In this document: one piece after another, positions 51,795 through 64,000 of the stretch
Layout of the letters: each line of letters starts with the position of its first letter
How positions within the stretch are numbered: position 1 is the first letter of the stretch
DNA from: Octopus sinensis
Lineage: Eukaryota
Length of the DNA: 64,000 nt
Direction of reading: 5' to 3'
Assembly: GCF_006345805.1 (NCBI RefSeq)
Contig: NW_021834487.1
Location: forward strand, 299,799-363,798
Position numbers and translations under genes: made by a program
Notes under the pieces: generated by a model
The model's database searches: none
The model's input: only the letters and a program-made list of their open reading frames with translations
What the model was told of the DNA's origin: nothing

Positions 51795-52190
51795 TCATTT
51801 ATATGAGTGGAATGTGTGTTTCTGCCAATGTTTACATTTATACGATTTTTCTATGAGTGTGTTTACTGGGGGAACCTTAGCGAAAAGAATATGGAAGAGC
51901 TCAGAGTTACAAATGTTACAAAAGCTTCTGCCCTTATCAAAAGGAAAGGATACAAACAATATGAACCAATCCAACTTGAAAGTCATATTGTCTTTAAGAC
52001 GCCAAACTAATTTACTTAGCCCTGTACTATGCCGTTTTTTCCTATCTCTGAATGTCGAATAATGATTAGAAATTCTCTTGGATAACTGAGAAGTTGTCGC
52101 ACCTATATAGAAGAAGAAATCGGTACCGGAAGAAATTCTACACTGGTAAATGGAATTCTTAATTTTGGAATTACTGGACAAAAAATTTGA
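51795..52190 (-). CDS. GIY-YIG endonuclease domain of a Penelope-like element (5'-truncated)
   Basis: SIYQCRI..FYIGATTSQLSKRISNHYSTFR..HSTGLSKLVWRLKD..CNICNSE..ILFA..KCKH, the Naiad-type pattern. Confidence 0.85.
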   Translation of the reverse strand, partial: SNFLSSNSKIKNSIYQCRISSGTDFFFYIGATTSQLSKRISNHYSTFRDRKKRHSTGLSKLVWRLKDNMTFKLDWFILFVSFPFDKGRSFCNICNSELFHILFAKVPPVNTLIEKSYKCKHWQKHTFHSYK

Positions 52191-52294
52191 CGTCAATGCT
52201 TATAACGGTTTTTTTTAAAAAAACACTCATTATCGCTGTGGTCACCATGTAGGCAATCATCGAAATTTGTGTTCGTCTCGTTGTTGAGAGAGGC

Positions 52295-52390
52295 TCCTTA
52301 TCTTTCCTGATGAGGAGATTGCATAATGCACATTTTATTCCTTCGGAATAAAAATATGCCGTCTTCGAAACATGTGTCGTGAGTAAAGGA
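52295..52390 (+). ncRNA. Inverted copy of the same hammerhead
   Basis: CTGATGA(52307-52313), GAAA(52367-52370), GUC(52376-52378); a T:T mismatch at the second stem I pair and a G:U in stem II. Confidence 0.65.
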
Positions 52391-52440
52391 ATTTTGTTAA
52401 CATCTTCGTTCGACTCCATTCTTTCATTTATTCATATATA

Positions 52441-52542
<102 letters not shown>

Positions 52543-52554
52543 GTATAATATATA

Positions 52555-52590
<36 letters not shown>

Positions 52591-52604
52591 TATATATATA
52601 TGAA

Positions 52605-52923
52605 GGCGCGTGGCTTAGTGGTTAGGGCATTCGGCTCACGATTGAAAGGCCGTGAGTTCAATTGCCGACGACGCGTTGTGTCCTTGACCAAGATACTTTA
52701 TTTCACGTTGCTCCAGTCCTCTCACCTGCAAAAATGAGTTGTACCTGTATTTCAATGGGCGGGCCTTGTCACACTCTGTGTCACGCTGAAACTCCCTGAG
52801 AACTACGTCAGGGGTACACGTGTCTGTGGATTGCTCAGTCACTTGCACGTTAATTTCACGAGCAAGCTATTCCATTGATCGTATCAGCTGGGACACTCGT
52901 CGTCGTAACCGACGGAGTGCTCC
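52605..52923 (+). mobile_element. tRNA-derived SINE family B, full length
   Basis: GGCGCGTGGCTTAGTGGTTAGGGCATTCGGCTCACG..GTGAGTTCAATT head, TTGTGTCCTTGACCAAGATAC body, tail ending GTCGTAACCGACGGAGTGC. Confidence 0.88.
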
Positions 52924-53696
52924 TATATATATATAAAGAAGAGATGGAATGAAGAAATTATACATTCCTTGTGTTTCTCATCTACATTCTGTGACCTTAT
53001 ATAAAAATTTATTCAATGATTGAACTTCAGATTTGCGAATTGGACATTCAGAGAAAACTAATTTTCTGGGATATGTGGATTACAATAGCTTTCACACTTT
53101 GCTTTAGATAGTCAAGTTTGATCCCAATAGCGTGGTTTATATATAGTTTTCTCTGGCTTTTTATCTTCCTTCTTTCCTGTTGACTGTATTTTATTTAAAG
53201 ATATAGCTTTAATAAATTCTGACCAGAGTTGCCTCTCTTAAGCATTTTCTATTGATAACGTCTAAGGAGATAGAAACATTGATCTCTGGGAATCGTGGTA
53301 GATTGCAACAAAGCAGTAATATCGTATTTTTACACCTTTTATCATAAGAGAAAATTTTAACCCCGGCAACTATAGTGAATTTACCTTTTAGCAGTTGAAA
53401 TACATGACAAACGTATTTTAATTAATATATGCAAAAATTAAAACAACAAAGAGACAAAAAGATTATCTTATCAACGTCATTAGCTTACTGCTATTTCTGC
53501 GATAAGATGCAGTTGACTCATACAGCAGCCATGCTTCCATTTGCCAAATCGCTATTTCGGCAACGTAAACGAATCAGCACAGATCATTCACCTGTAGAGT
53601 GTAAAAAATAAACACAAATACAAATACAATAACAGATACACGCAAACACATACACACAGAGGCTCAAATGCAGACACACACAAACACAAATGCACT

Positions 53697-53799
<103 letters not shown>

Positions 53800-54177
53800 A
53801 CATTTACATATATACATACAAATACATAATTTATATGCTACAAAGGATTACAATATCTGCGACTATAAAAAATCTACAAAATTTTTTAAAGATTTAAATG
53901 GTGATGGTTATGAGAAGGTACTTTCCTACACAACATTGCAACCAAGTAGGTGGCCTGTGAAACTTTACTTTGAAATTACAAAGTGAAAAAGAACATACAT
54001 ACACTCACTCAAACACACACACATACATACAAACATACATACATACATACATACATATATGTCTAGCTATGCAAGTATATGCTTGAGAAGACATGCATAA
54101 AACAAAACATACAAATCTACACTTATACATACATACGTACATACGTAGGTACATACACACATGCATACATAATGCAT

Positions 54178-54210
<33 letters not shown>

Positions 54211-54215
54211 ATATA

Positions 54216-54302
54216 TAAGAGTATGCAGTCTTCGAAACATGTGTTGAGAGTAAAGGAATTTTGTTAAAATCTTCGTTCGACTCCCTTCTTTCATTTATTC
54301 AC
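54216..54302 (+). repeat. Third partial copy of the PLE pLTR (3' half of the hammerhead only)
   Basis: GTCTTCGAAACATGTGTTGAGAGTAAAGGAATTTTGTTAA..CTTCGTTCGACTCC..CTTTCATTTATTCA matches 52361-52436. Confidence 0.85.
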
Positions 54303-54314
54303 ATATATATATAT

Positions 54315-54368
<54 letters not shown>

Positions 54369-54396
54369 TATATATACATATATACATATGTATATG

Positions 54397-54496
54397 CAAA
54401 GTACCTTGCTGTTGTGGTTGAATTCCAATGAAGGAGCCTTGGATCTATGTTAGAAAATGGCTCTTTCTCTATTGGCAAGAAATCTTCATGTAAATG
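54397..54496 (+). mobile_element. Solo 3' UTR of the (ACAT)-tailed RLE LINE
   Basis: TTCCAA.GAAGGA.CCTTGGATCTA.GTTAGAAAA.G.CTCTTTCTCTATTGGCAAGAAATCTT..AATGACATACATAC matches 40765-40855. Confidence 0.8.
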
Positions 54497-54560
54497 ACAT
54501 ACATACATACATGTATCCATGCAACATATATTAACTAACCTAAAAGTTATGCTTAACAGT

Positions 54561-54592
<32 letters not shown>

Positions 54593-55412
54593 ACACACAC
54601 ACATGTACAGGCATGCATACATACAGATCTTACTATATTTTGGCTCACGAGTAAGTTAGTATTTCATGGACATTGTAAATTTTATAGTTCATTGAAGCTA
54701 AATTCTCCACTTTTGCCTTGAGATTCACTCTAAAACAGTGGGAGCTGTTATGTTTCGGTTAATTATTATTTCATATTTTATGCCTGTATATGTTTATGCA
54801 TGTATACGCACCTACACACGCACGCACGTACATAATATAGATAGATAAATAGACAGACAAATAGACAGACAGACAGCTAGAGAGAGATATAATTTAAACG
54901 AAAATGAGGTAAAATAACTTGAATCGATCGGTGGCATGTATTTGAATAATATAGAGACATACTTGTATGTCAAGAAAATCTTGACGTATCAAAATTATCT
55001 CCACCTTTACAGGATATACAATAATTACCGAATAGAAATTCTAATCAGCTTTACTAGAGAAGGGGAGATAATATCTAGATCTAAGTTTTCTCCAAACCTG
55101 ACAGGCCAATGAGAAAAGGGACTGGCTTATTGACTGGTGATAAGAAGACACTCAAAGATCCATGTTTCTGGTTCTGAACCTTCACCAGCACGACAATTTT
55201 GCAATCTTATCTTTAGCACCCAAGATACTCAGACTTATACAAAACTAAGTAAAAAAAAAAAACAGTAATATATAGATGTGTATCGACCTAAACATTCTTC
55301 ATTTCTATGTACGTATCTAAGTATACATCTATCGACATTTACATGTGTGTGTGTGTATGTGTGTGTATATGTGTGTCGCATTGTTTCTCACGGTGTTTGC
55401 AAAGACAGAGCG

Positions 55413-55445
<33 letters not shown>

Positions 55446-55814
55446 AGGGAGAGAAAGAGAATATCTTTTATCAATCACTTGTTGTAGGCGAAATTAAGAG
55501 GTCTTCTTGTCAAAAGAGGTATGATCTTATTTGTATTCTCCACATATGAAATTCTGTTTCCATTACACACACACGCGCACTTTTCCGCGCTCACACACAC
55601 ACACACACATGCGCAAGCAATCAAACACACGCACACACACACACACATATATAAAAGGCGTATATTCTATATTATGGTAAAAATATATGTAAGCACAAAC
55701 ACGTACATGAATGCACACATATGCGCTCAAATGTGCACATACGTACTCAAATATACAATATATATAGACACACACATACACACACACACATATATATATG
55801 TATATATATTATAT

Positions 55815-55854
<40 letters not shown>

Positions 55855-56249
55855 GTGTTTATATATTTATATGTGTAAGATTATATTCATACACATACAC
55901 ACACACACACATATATATGTATCTATATTTGCCTGTCTGTGTAAGTATATGTCTAAGAGTATAAACACACACACACGTATAGTTATATATATATGCAGAT
56001 ACACATACATAAATATGTATATGTGTAAACTATATATTCATTTATAGGTGTGTATGTATTATATCCGTTTGTAAGCCTGTTTTTCTTTTCATTTCATCTT
56101 TATGTTTTGTGCATCTAAAAATCTACTAGTTGTACCAATGTGAGTGTATGTTTGTGTGTATGTATGAGTATGTATATGTGTGTGTGTGTGTGTGTGTTTG
56201 TATGATTAGACATTGACCTATATATCTCTAGCGCCATCTTTATATATAT

Positions 56250-56311
<62 letters not shown>

Positions 56312-57199
56312 CTGTATATCTACCAGTCTGTCTACCTGTCTTTATCAGTATATCTATGTGTGGGTCTATTTTTATATCCTTATATCCCACCGGGTGATAG
56401 ACGTCCTTTGCCAGACCATTAATACTTTTAATAACGTCTGTTCATCACAGCAATATTTCCTTACGTCGGAAACAGCATCAACGGGAATATCATCATCTCG
56501 AAGAACAACATCGACAGTACCTCCGCCATCACCAACGCAAAAACAAATACATCATCATCATCATCACTACCATCAGCATTATCACTGACAACAATAACAA
56601 CAACTGCAGTGACAACATCCCATTCTTCACAGTAAAAGCACCAAAAACAACACCGAAGATAATACCATTAGATGTATGTAGTTTCATTTATAACCGAAAG
56701 CAGTAACAACATCAACGGCAACAACTATGTCAGCGTTCCACTAATAATAGTAATAGCATCAACAACAATAACATCATTGATAACACCATTAGCGGTACCA
56801 AGACGAATTACCAAACAAATATTTAAAGAAGAGGAAAACAAAACAAAAAAAAGACATCGCCATTATGAAACCTAAGAGAGAAACCTTTTCCTCGTTAGCT
56901 CAACCTACAAGAAATATTAACAACTAAATATCTCTCAAACTACACCACATCGTGTTAACTAACAATACAAGATGGCTACTGAAGATAATGTAGTCCAAGG
57001 TAATGTAGTCGTGACTCTAAAGAAAACGTGATGGTCATGGATGGAATGTCTTTGTCGTCGTAGGATGATTTTTTTTATTTTTCAGTCATGTCTGACGAAC
57101 GAATACAAGCAACAACATGAGCGGTGTGGTGTATTACTCTACCGTCACCAACAACGCCCACGGCCTAGCGCTAAATGCGAAGTACAGTAACTGCTGCTG

Positions 57200-57203
<4 letters not shown>

Positions 57204-57272
<69 letters not shown>
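57204..57272. repeat. (TAC)23 microsatellite
   Basis: Direct reading. Confidence 0.95.
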
Positions 57273-57274
<2 letters not shown>

Positions 57275-59315
57275 GGCAGCAAACAGCAAGAAACACAGCA
57301 ACCTTTCAGATATTTTTAAGAACGCAGCATCAGCGGAAGATGTCAGATGAAAGGAAGAGCCATGGAGATGTTCAAAGTTCGCGGCGGCGGTTCTCATAAT
57401 GATCTTTAAATATAAATATCAACCATAATCTGACATTGAATTTTTCTTCTTTTTCTTTTTTTTTTTTCGACTGGGCATGCGGCCAAGGTTTGCAAATGGA
57501 AATACGACTGTAGTTTAAGCTAAATGAATCACATGTTACTACTATTGATATTTGATTTATCGACCAACCGACCCGAAATGGTAAAAAGAAGCCATTGTTG
57601 CCCCAAACAGAATATTAACATATAGAAATGGATGTTGTAGTTTTTTTCTGTTGTTGCTGCTGCTGTTGTTGTTGTTGTTATTGTTGTTGTTTTTGTTGGG
57701 GTAATTGTGGTGATGGTGGTTTTGGTGCTGGTGGTAGTGGTGGTGGTGTTGCTGTTTAGCGTCCAGATCAACTGAGAACGACCAGTCGTTTAGTTAAAGT
57801 CATTCCAATAACGCCACCACTCCATCTTCATAAGAAGGAATGATAAAAACCATTGAAGATCCAAGCAGTATATTAACATACAGAAATATGAGGAAACAGC
57901 CCTATTCTACTATTGTCCATATTGTAGTTTTTTTAGCTTCGTATCAACCAAAATGGAGTAGATTTAGGATTAAAAATTCTAGTTCTGGCTATTTCCTTCA
58001 TTAAGGGAATGAGAAAAGCCATTGATGGTCCACACGACATTTATATATGAATATATGAGGGTACACATATATTTTCTCTTGTAATTAAAAACTTACATAA
58101 GCCATAAATTTAAAAGCGTACTACAAGTGACCATCCCCTCTGAAGGCAAATAATGGTGGCAAATTTTGGTACAAGGCCAGCAATTTTAGGGTAAGAGAAT
58201 AGTCGATTATATTGACCCCTATATCTGACAGTATTTTTTTTTTATCTCATCGTTTCCGAAAGGAGGAAAGGCGATGGCCGACATCGGCAGAATCTAAGCT
58301 CGGAGTGCTAAGAGCCGGAAGAAATGCCGCTATATATCTTGTCCAACACGTTAAGAATTATGTTAGCTTGCCACCTTAAGAGAAAGAATAATTGCCATTA
58401 TTGGCTCTACAAAATGGGAAGTATAAAACTATAAAGGAACACATATATTCTTATTCTATATTTGCTCATTTTGTTTAACACCAAGTCAAACCGAATCAAG
58501 GAAACCTATGATGAGAAACAATACAAACACATTACCTGATATACATTTACCTTATTAAAGACATCAACGTGTATTTTGAGATTTGACTATTATGTCTCAG
58601 ATGAAGTAACCACGTTGATACGATTTGGTCATTGCAACACTTTTCAGTAATACATCAATGCCGTTGTTGTTGCGACATCAATATCTCTGTCCCAATGTGA
58701 ACCCCGATTAAGTAAATGCATGCTTAAAGATTTTCCAACCTTGACAGTCCTGTCTCTATTGGATTTTCATCACTTTGTTTTGTTTTTGTTTTTCTTTGCG
58801 TGTGTGCTTTCTGCAAATTATGGGGCAATTTTAAGAAGGACAACTGCAAAAAATTATCAGCTCGCTGGACAAAATGCTTAGCGGCCGTCTTTATGTTCTG
58901 AGTTCAAATTCCGTGAGATTGTTGACTCTGCCTTTCACCCTTTCGGGATCGATAAAATAAGTACCAGTTGAGTACTGGGATCAATGCAATCGACTTATCC
59001 CCACTTCCGAAATTACTGGCCTTGTGCCAAAATTTGAATCCAACAATTATGGGATAATTTTTAGGCTATTTGCCGCAAGTCGATCAACCACGTAAGGACA
59101 CCCTTTTTCGCCTCCTCCTTAAAAGAATGCTTCTTGTAGCAACTGCAGTTATAAGCTAATTCTCCTTCTCTTTAATTGATACGCTTGTGTGTGTATACAT
59201 ATGTATATACATACGCACACATATACACACGCACACATATATATAAAGATTTATATATGCCTATAGATATACATGTAAATAAATCTATACACACACATGC
59301 ACACACATACACTCT

Positions 59316-59383
<68 letters not shown>

Positions 59384-59530
59384 ACATGTAATATGAATAT
59401 AGACAAACATAAATAAATTTATACACACATCTCCACGCACACACACATATATATAAACATGTATATATGCATATAGATATACATATAAATAAATTTATAC
59501 ACACACATACACACATACATATACGTAACT

Positions 59531-59716
59531 GGCACTCCGTCGCTTACGACGACGAGGGTTTCATTGATCCAATCACGAGAACAAACTGCTCGTAAAACTA
59601 ACTTGCAAGTGGATGAGAACACCACAGACACGTGTAGCCTTAACATAGTTCTTAGGGAGATTCGGCGTGACGCGGAATGCGACAGGGCTGGCCCCTTTGA
59701 AGTACAGGCAAAATTC
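59531..59716 (-). mobile_element. SINE family B tail fragment
   Basis: Matches 52740-52923 in reverse. Confidence 0.75.
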
Positions 59717-59762
59717 ATTCTTCTCAATGGTACATATAAACATGCACATGTATACCACACAT

Positions 59763-59834
<72 letters not shown>

Positions 59835-60030
59835 TGTGTGTGTGTGTGTGTGCATTGGACCGCATTATAATAATTTTGGTGTTTCTGATTAAAGAATCTT
59901 GGATGTGAAGGATCTGATTTTATTTAGAAATTTTCTATTATAGCAGGTCAGGCGCTTATACCACATAGGTCTTATTCCGTTATGACATCTCCAACATAAC
60001 TACAACATTCGAGAGAAATTTGACAAAGTA

Positions 60031-60608
60031 TTGGGTTGTCCGGAAAGTTCGTGCCGATTTATAGCAGCTTACCTTTCGATTTATTTTAGAAAATGTTTGA
60101 GTCCATAAAATAGGATTTGACTACACCTCCATTTAGAGCACAGTTTAAGCTATCTTTTCGTGGAAGAAGGTTAATGTTCCTTTAACCTGTGTTAATTCTG
60201 TAACCCTTTAAAATGGAAGATAAGAAAGTTCATTTTCGGCACTTGATGCTTTTCTTTTTCCGTAAAAGTAAAAATGCCTCACAAGGAACCAAAGAAATAT
60301 GCGCAGTTTACGGTGATGTTTCTTTACACGAAAGAACTGTACGGAAGTGGTTCGCAAGGTTCCGAGCTGGAGATTGAAGCCTTATTGATAAAGATCGATC
60401 AGGCAGATAGATCATCCACTACAGATGATGACCAAATCAAGTCATTAATTGAGAATAACCCACATAGCACAACTCGAGAATTGGTAGAAAGCCTCAACCT
60501 ATCAAAATCCGTCGTTCATGAGCATCTGGTAAATCTTGGGTAATGGTTAGTATTTATTGACCTTTTTCTTTCCTTTAAATATCGACACGAAGTTTCCGGA
60601 CAACCCAA
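60031..60608 (+). mobile_element. Second mariner deletion derivative (same TIRs), retaining the transposase N-terminus
   Basis: TA|TTGGGTTGTCCGGAAAGTTCGTGCCGA...TTTCCGGACAACCCAA|TA; MEDKKVHFRHLMLFFFRK..RTVRKWFARFRAG..DRSGRSSTTDDDQIKSLIENNPHSTTREL.. Confidence 0.93.
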
Positions 60609-61764
60609 TAGAACAAGACAACCTTTGGGTTCTGGATGTGTGGTTCCTCCCAGAATTTGAGTTTTATTTTAGGGAGCGCTTCGGCAGATAGTCATTCATC
60701 TGTCCTCCATAATTTGTTCAAAATCGAGGCCAATGTACAGGTTGAACCCACCTTTATAGGATCTAGACACAGCTTGTGATTCCTAAATTATTGACTTACA
60801 GTATTCTAGCTTCCACAACTTTAGCTTTGCAAAGTTTCTATTTCCTATCTCTTAGTTTTGTCTTGTTTATAATTCCCCTTTTTACTTTGTATTTCGAACC
60901 TTAAATACTTGTTTAATGTTGTTTCATGGGGACAACCTTCAATATGAAGCTGTATGTATTTACTGGCGATCCACACAAGGATTTTAATGACGTTTTATAC
61001 AATCTACAGATTTTATTGTCATGTTTCACCAACGATAAAATCCTTCTTGCCTTCCTATGTTACGGAAGTTAAAATAACATGCTTTGCAAATGTCAGATTT
61101 TCATGTATTTTCATGTCTTTTCTCAACGTAATGAAGTATTCCTAGCTATGAATACTGTCCATTCTGAGGTTTTAAACTTCACCAAGGTGAATATTAAACT
61201 GCCTTCTCTCACTGCTACTGCAGGTTCCGTTTCATGTTCATCTGAGCTTTAAATCCTCATTCTATTTGCTTTACGCTGCAAATAAAGACACCATATAAGA
61301 AAATAAAAACGAAAACAATAAACAAAGCGTTCAAGAAAATAATTATATCGTGGTACAGTCATGATAGCCTTTCAAAACAAAGGTATAACGTATTATTTAC
61401 TTTGCTTATATTTAGTGAGTAAATTATATAATTATAGAATGTCAAAAACGTTTGTCGCACATCTAGGACCAGGTCACATGCAACAGAATAGAATCTCGGT
61501 AATCCCAGTGTAGATGTATGACAAAATACGTTGATATTTATGGCATAGAATACTATCACAAAATATAAGTGAACAATAACCTAAGCGTATATGTTACTGC
61601 TTCATTTTCAATGTATGTCGTGATATCAAGTCTTCTGACGGACAAAGCGGTGGCAGTCGCTCTTCCAATCAAACCCAGGAGATTATTATTTTTCTTTTCT
61701 AGTTTTGGGACTACAGCTATGATAGGGCACCGCTTGGAAGGCTTTAGTCTGACAAAGTGAAGTA

Positions 61765-61965
61765 TTTTGACTACGGCCATCCTGGAGCACCGCCTGTAGT
61801 CGAGCAAATCACCCATAAGACTTATCATTTATAAACCTAGTACTTATTCTCTCGATCACTTTTGCCGAACCGCTAGCTTACGGGGACGTAAACGCACCAG
61901 CATCAGTCATTAAGCTATGTTGGGGCGGGTGGGGAAAACACAGACACAAAAATACACACATACAT

Positions 61966-62007
<42 letters not shown>

Positions 62008-62218
62008 TATATAGAAGGAGCTTCTACAGGACTAGAAACTGTTCATTCAAGAGAAATCTTCAGGAAGCTCTTCCTGAAGATTTCTCTTGAATGAAACAGT
62101 TCTAGTCCTGTAGAAGCTCCTTCTATATAATAAATTAATTTTACTCTGCTATGTATTGAGTACCTTATTTACTGTGGTTAACCCCGAATCACCCGGGAAC
62201 TACATATATATATATATA

Positions 62219-62265
<47 letters not shown>

Positions 62266-62396
62266 CGACGGGCTTCTTTCAGTTTCCGTCAGCCGAGGCT
62301 AAGTAGAGGACACTTGCCCAAGGTGCCACACAGTGGGACTGGACCTGGAACCATGTAGTTGGTCAGCTAGCTATTTACCACACAGCCACTCCTGCA
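61765..62396 (-). mobile_element. SINE family A interrupted in its (TA)n linker by a PLE-like palindromic insert
   Basis: Tail module at 61765-61950, head at 62265-62396, foreign sequence at about 62002-62205. Confidence 0.8.
62002..62135. mobile_element. 134 bp near-perfect palindrome with hammerhead-like words
   Basis: Centre GGAAG-ct-CTTCC (62063-62074); the right arm has CTGAAGA..TTC-tctt-GAA..GAAAC..GTC but no adjacent stem I. Confidence 0.75.
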
Positions 62397-62559
62397 CATC
62401 AGTACTTATTTTGTTTGTAAGTCTGACACTTATTCAAACGAATCTTTTGCTTGAACGAAAACAAATCGACACCGGTTGTCAAGCAATGGTGGAAGACATA
62501 CACAAACGCGCGCGTATATATGTGTGTGGGGGGGGTTTAGGAGATTCCACACAGTTTCT

Positions 62560-62785
62560 TATTTATTTATTGCCCATAATGGGTTACACACAAATGGGAT
62601 AAAGAAGGACAGACAAACGGATTAAGTCGATTATATTGACGCCAGTGCATAGCTGGTGCTTATTCAATCGATCCACAAAGAATGAAAGGCAAAGTAGACC
62701 TCGGTAGAATTTGAACTCAGAATGTAGCGGCAGACGAAATATCACTAAGTATTTCGCCCGGCGTGCTAACATTTCTGCCAGCTTC
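62560..62785 (-). mobile_element. SINE family C monomer, diverged
   Basis: Head, core and tail type 1 are recognisable. Confidence 0.8.
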
Positions 62786-63278
62786 CACACAGTTCCTGTC
62801 TACCAAATACACGTACATGGTATAGATCGACCTGGGACTATAGGAGAACTGCGAAGTACAACTGAACTCGAAAGCAAGTGGTTGCAATGCGAGCTACTTA
62901 ACCTCACAGTCGTGGCTATCGGTCATCACTCCAATGTGTCGACGTTTCTCGATGAGGGAGTGGAATGTAAACGTAGAATGCGAAGAGCCAAGACAGATAG
63001 AGCAAAGGAATCCCTTCCGACTTTCTAACAATTTCACCAAATAACCGCCCTGAACTGGGACAATTTTTTACGTCAACCTCGAAAGGATGAAAATGAAATT
63101 TGACTTAGGAACATAGCGAGTTGAAGCAGATATCTCCAAGTATAATGTATCCATAGCCTTGTTGGATTTATAGAATCCTAATATGCTGAAAATCATTATA
63201 ATCATTAATTTCATTGGAAAACAGAACAAGGAACAGAGAAGGTCCCTTCATCAGCTGTCAGCTGTCTATATGTAATGC

Positions 63279-63336
<58 letters not shown>

Positions 63337-63369
63337 TATAATATATATATATATACATACATATATATA

Positions 63370-63482
63370 CTTTATTTAAAAACAGCAGAAATTCAACAAA
63401 ATATTAACAAAACTGTCCAACGAACGGGAACGTGAAACTCCGAGTATCAGGTTTTGTTGATTTCTGCTGCTTTTAAATAAAG
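63370..63482. repeat. About 31 bp inverted repeat with 50 bp spacer, between (TA)n tracts
   Basis: CTTTATTTAAAAACAGCAGAAATTCAACAAAA versus TTTTGTTGATTTCTGCTGCTTTTAAATAAAG. Confidence 0.75.
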
Positions 63483-63579
63483 CATATTACTCTACCACTG
63501 GTATTTGAGTACCCTTTTATTCCACCTTGTTTCACATTTATGTGTTTGCTCCGGTATTAATATATTATATATATATATC

Positions 63580-63612
<33 letters not shown>

Positions 63613-63783
63613 TATATATTAATTATAAATTAATCAGCCGAAATTGCGAATGATCTGGTTCTTGACTGATGATCGAAGGCTTCGAATGTCCCGTCCGTTT
63701 TTTTTTTTTGTATCGTCTTCTAAATTTTTTTGCGTTCTTGTCCCAGTTTGTGTTTTTTTATTTAAACGTTTAACCTATATATC

Positions 63784-63823
<40 letters not shown>

Positions 63824-63829
63824 TCTTTT

Positions 63830-64000
63830 GTTTCTGTTATTTGTTTCAGTCAATTGACTGCAGCAATGCTGGAGTACCACGCCTTTAGTCGCACAAATCG
63901 ACCCCATGACTTATTCTTTGTAGCGTGTACTTATTTTATTGGTGTCTTATGCCGAACCGGTAAGTTATGGGGACGTAAACACACTGACATCTGTTGTCAA
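63830..64000 (-). mobile_element. SINE family A 3' module (runs off the window)
   Basis: Matches the tail module of the other copies. Confidence 0.8.

Larger units (their letters stand above)
50941..52438 (-). mobile_element. 5'-truncated Penelope-like (Naiad-type) element with 3' pLTR and inverted 5' pLTR copy
   Basis: Inverted repeats of about 250 bp (51083-51336 and 52186-52438) flank a GIY-YIG ORF and a GT-rich 3' UTR; both ends abut (TA)n. Confidence 0.85.

Noticed and set aside
60610-61260. Possible LINE endonuclease relic on the minus strand
   Set aside because: The resemblance (GKKDFI) is too short and too interrupted to support a call.
63635-63670. CTGATGA-TCGAAG-G-CTTCGA in repeat P2 as a hammerhead
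   Set aside because: The stem is followed by ATG rather than GAAA, and the other two P2 copies do not restore the core.

Overview
Eukaryotic, AT-rich and microsatellite-saturated DNA, most likely from an Octopus chromosome. That assignment is my inference from the tRNA-derived SINE families and repeat landscape, not from a search. I could not support any host protein-coding exon; most track ORFs are translated (TA)n/(CA)n/(GATA)n/(GGT)n repeats or antisense frames of transposons. What the sequence supports: (1) a young, 5'-truncated R4/Dong-type RLE non-LTR retrotransposon (12.9-15.95 kb) inside an (AAT)n tract, plus RLE fragments next to (AAT)n and (ACAT)n tracts; (2) Penelope-like element (PLE, Naiad-type) RT and GIY-YIG remnants with inverted pseudo-LTRs; (3) several type I hammerhead ribozyme motifs, not visible in the ORF track (500-549, 1884-1923, 51131-51226 on minus, 52295-52390, plus decayed ones), one followed by a dense multi-hairpin domain; (4) several 110-330 bp palindromic or inverted-repeat elements beside (TA)n or (TG)n tracts; (5) mariner remnants and MITEs; (6) at least four modular tRNA-SINE families with head/tail swapping, fixed dimers and a long inverted pair. 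The best candidate for an undescribed system is the set of ribozyme-bearing, hairpin-ended PLE-related units.
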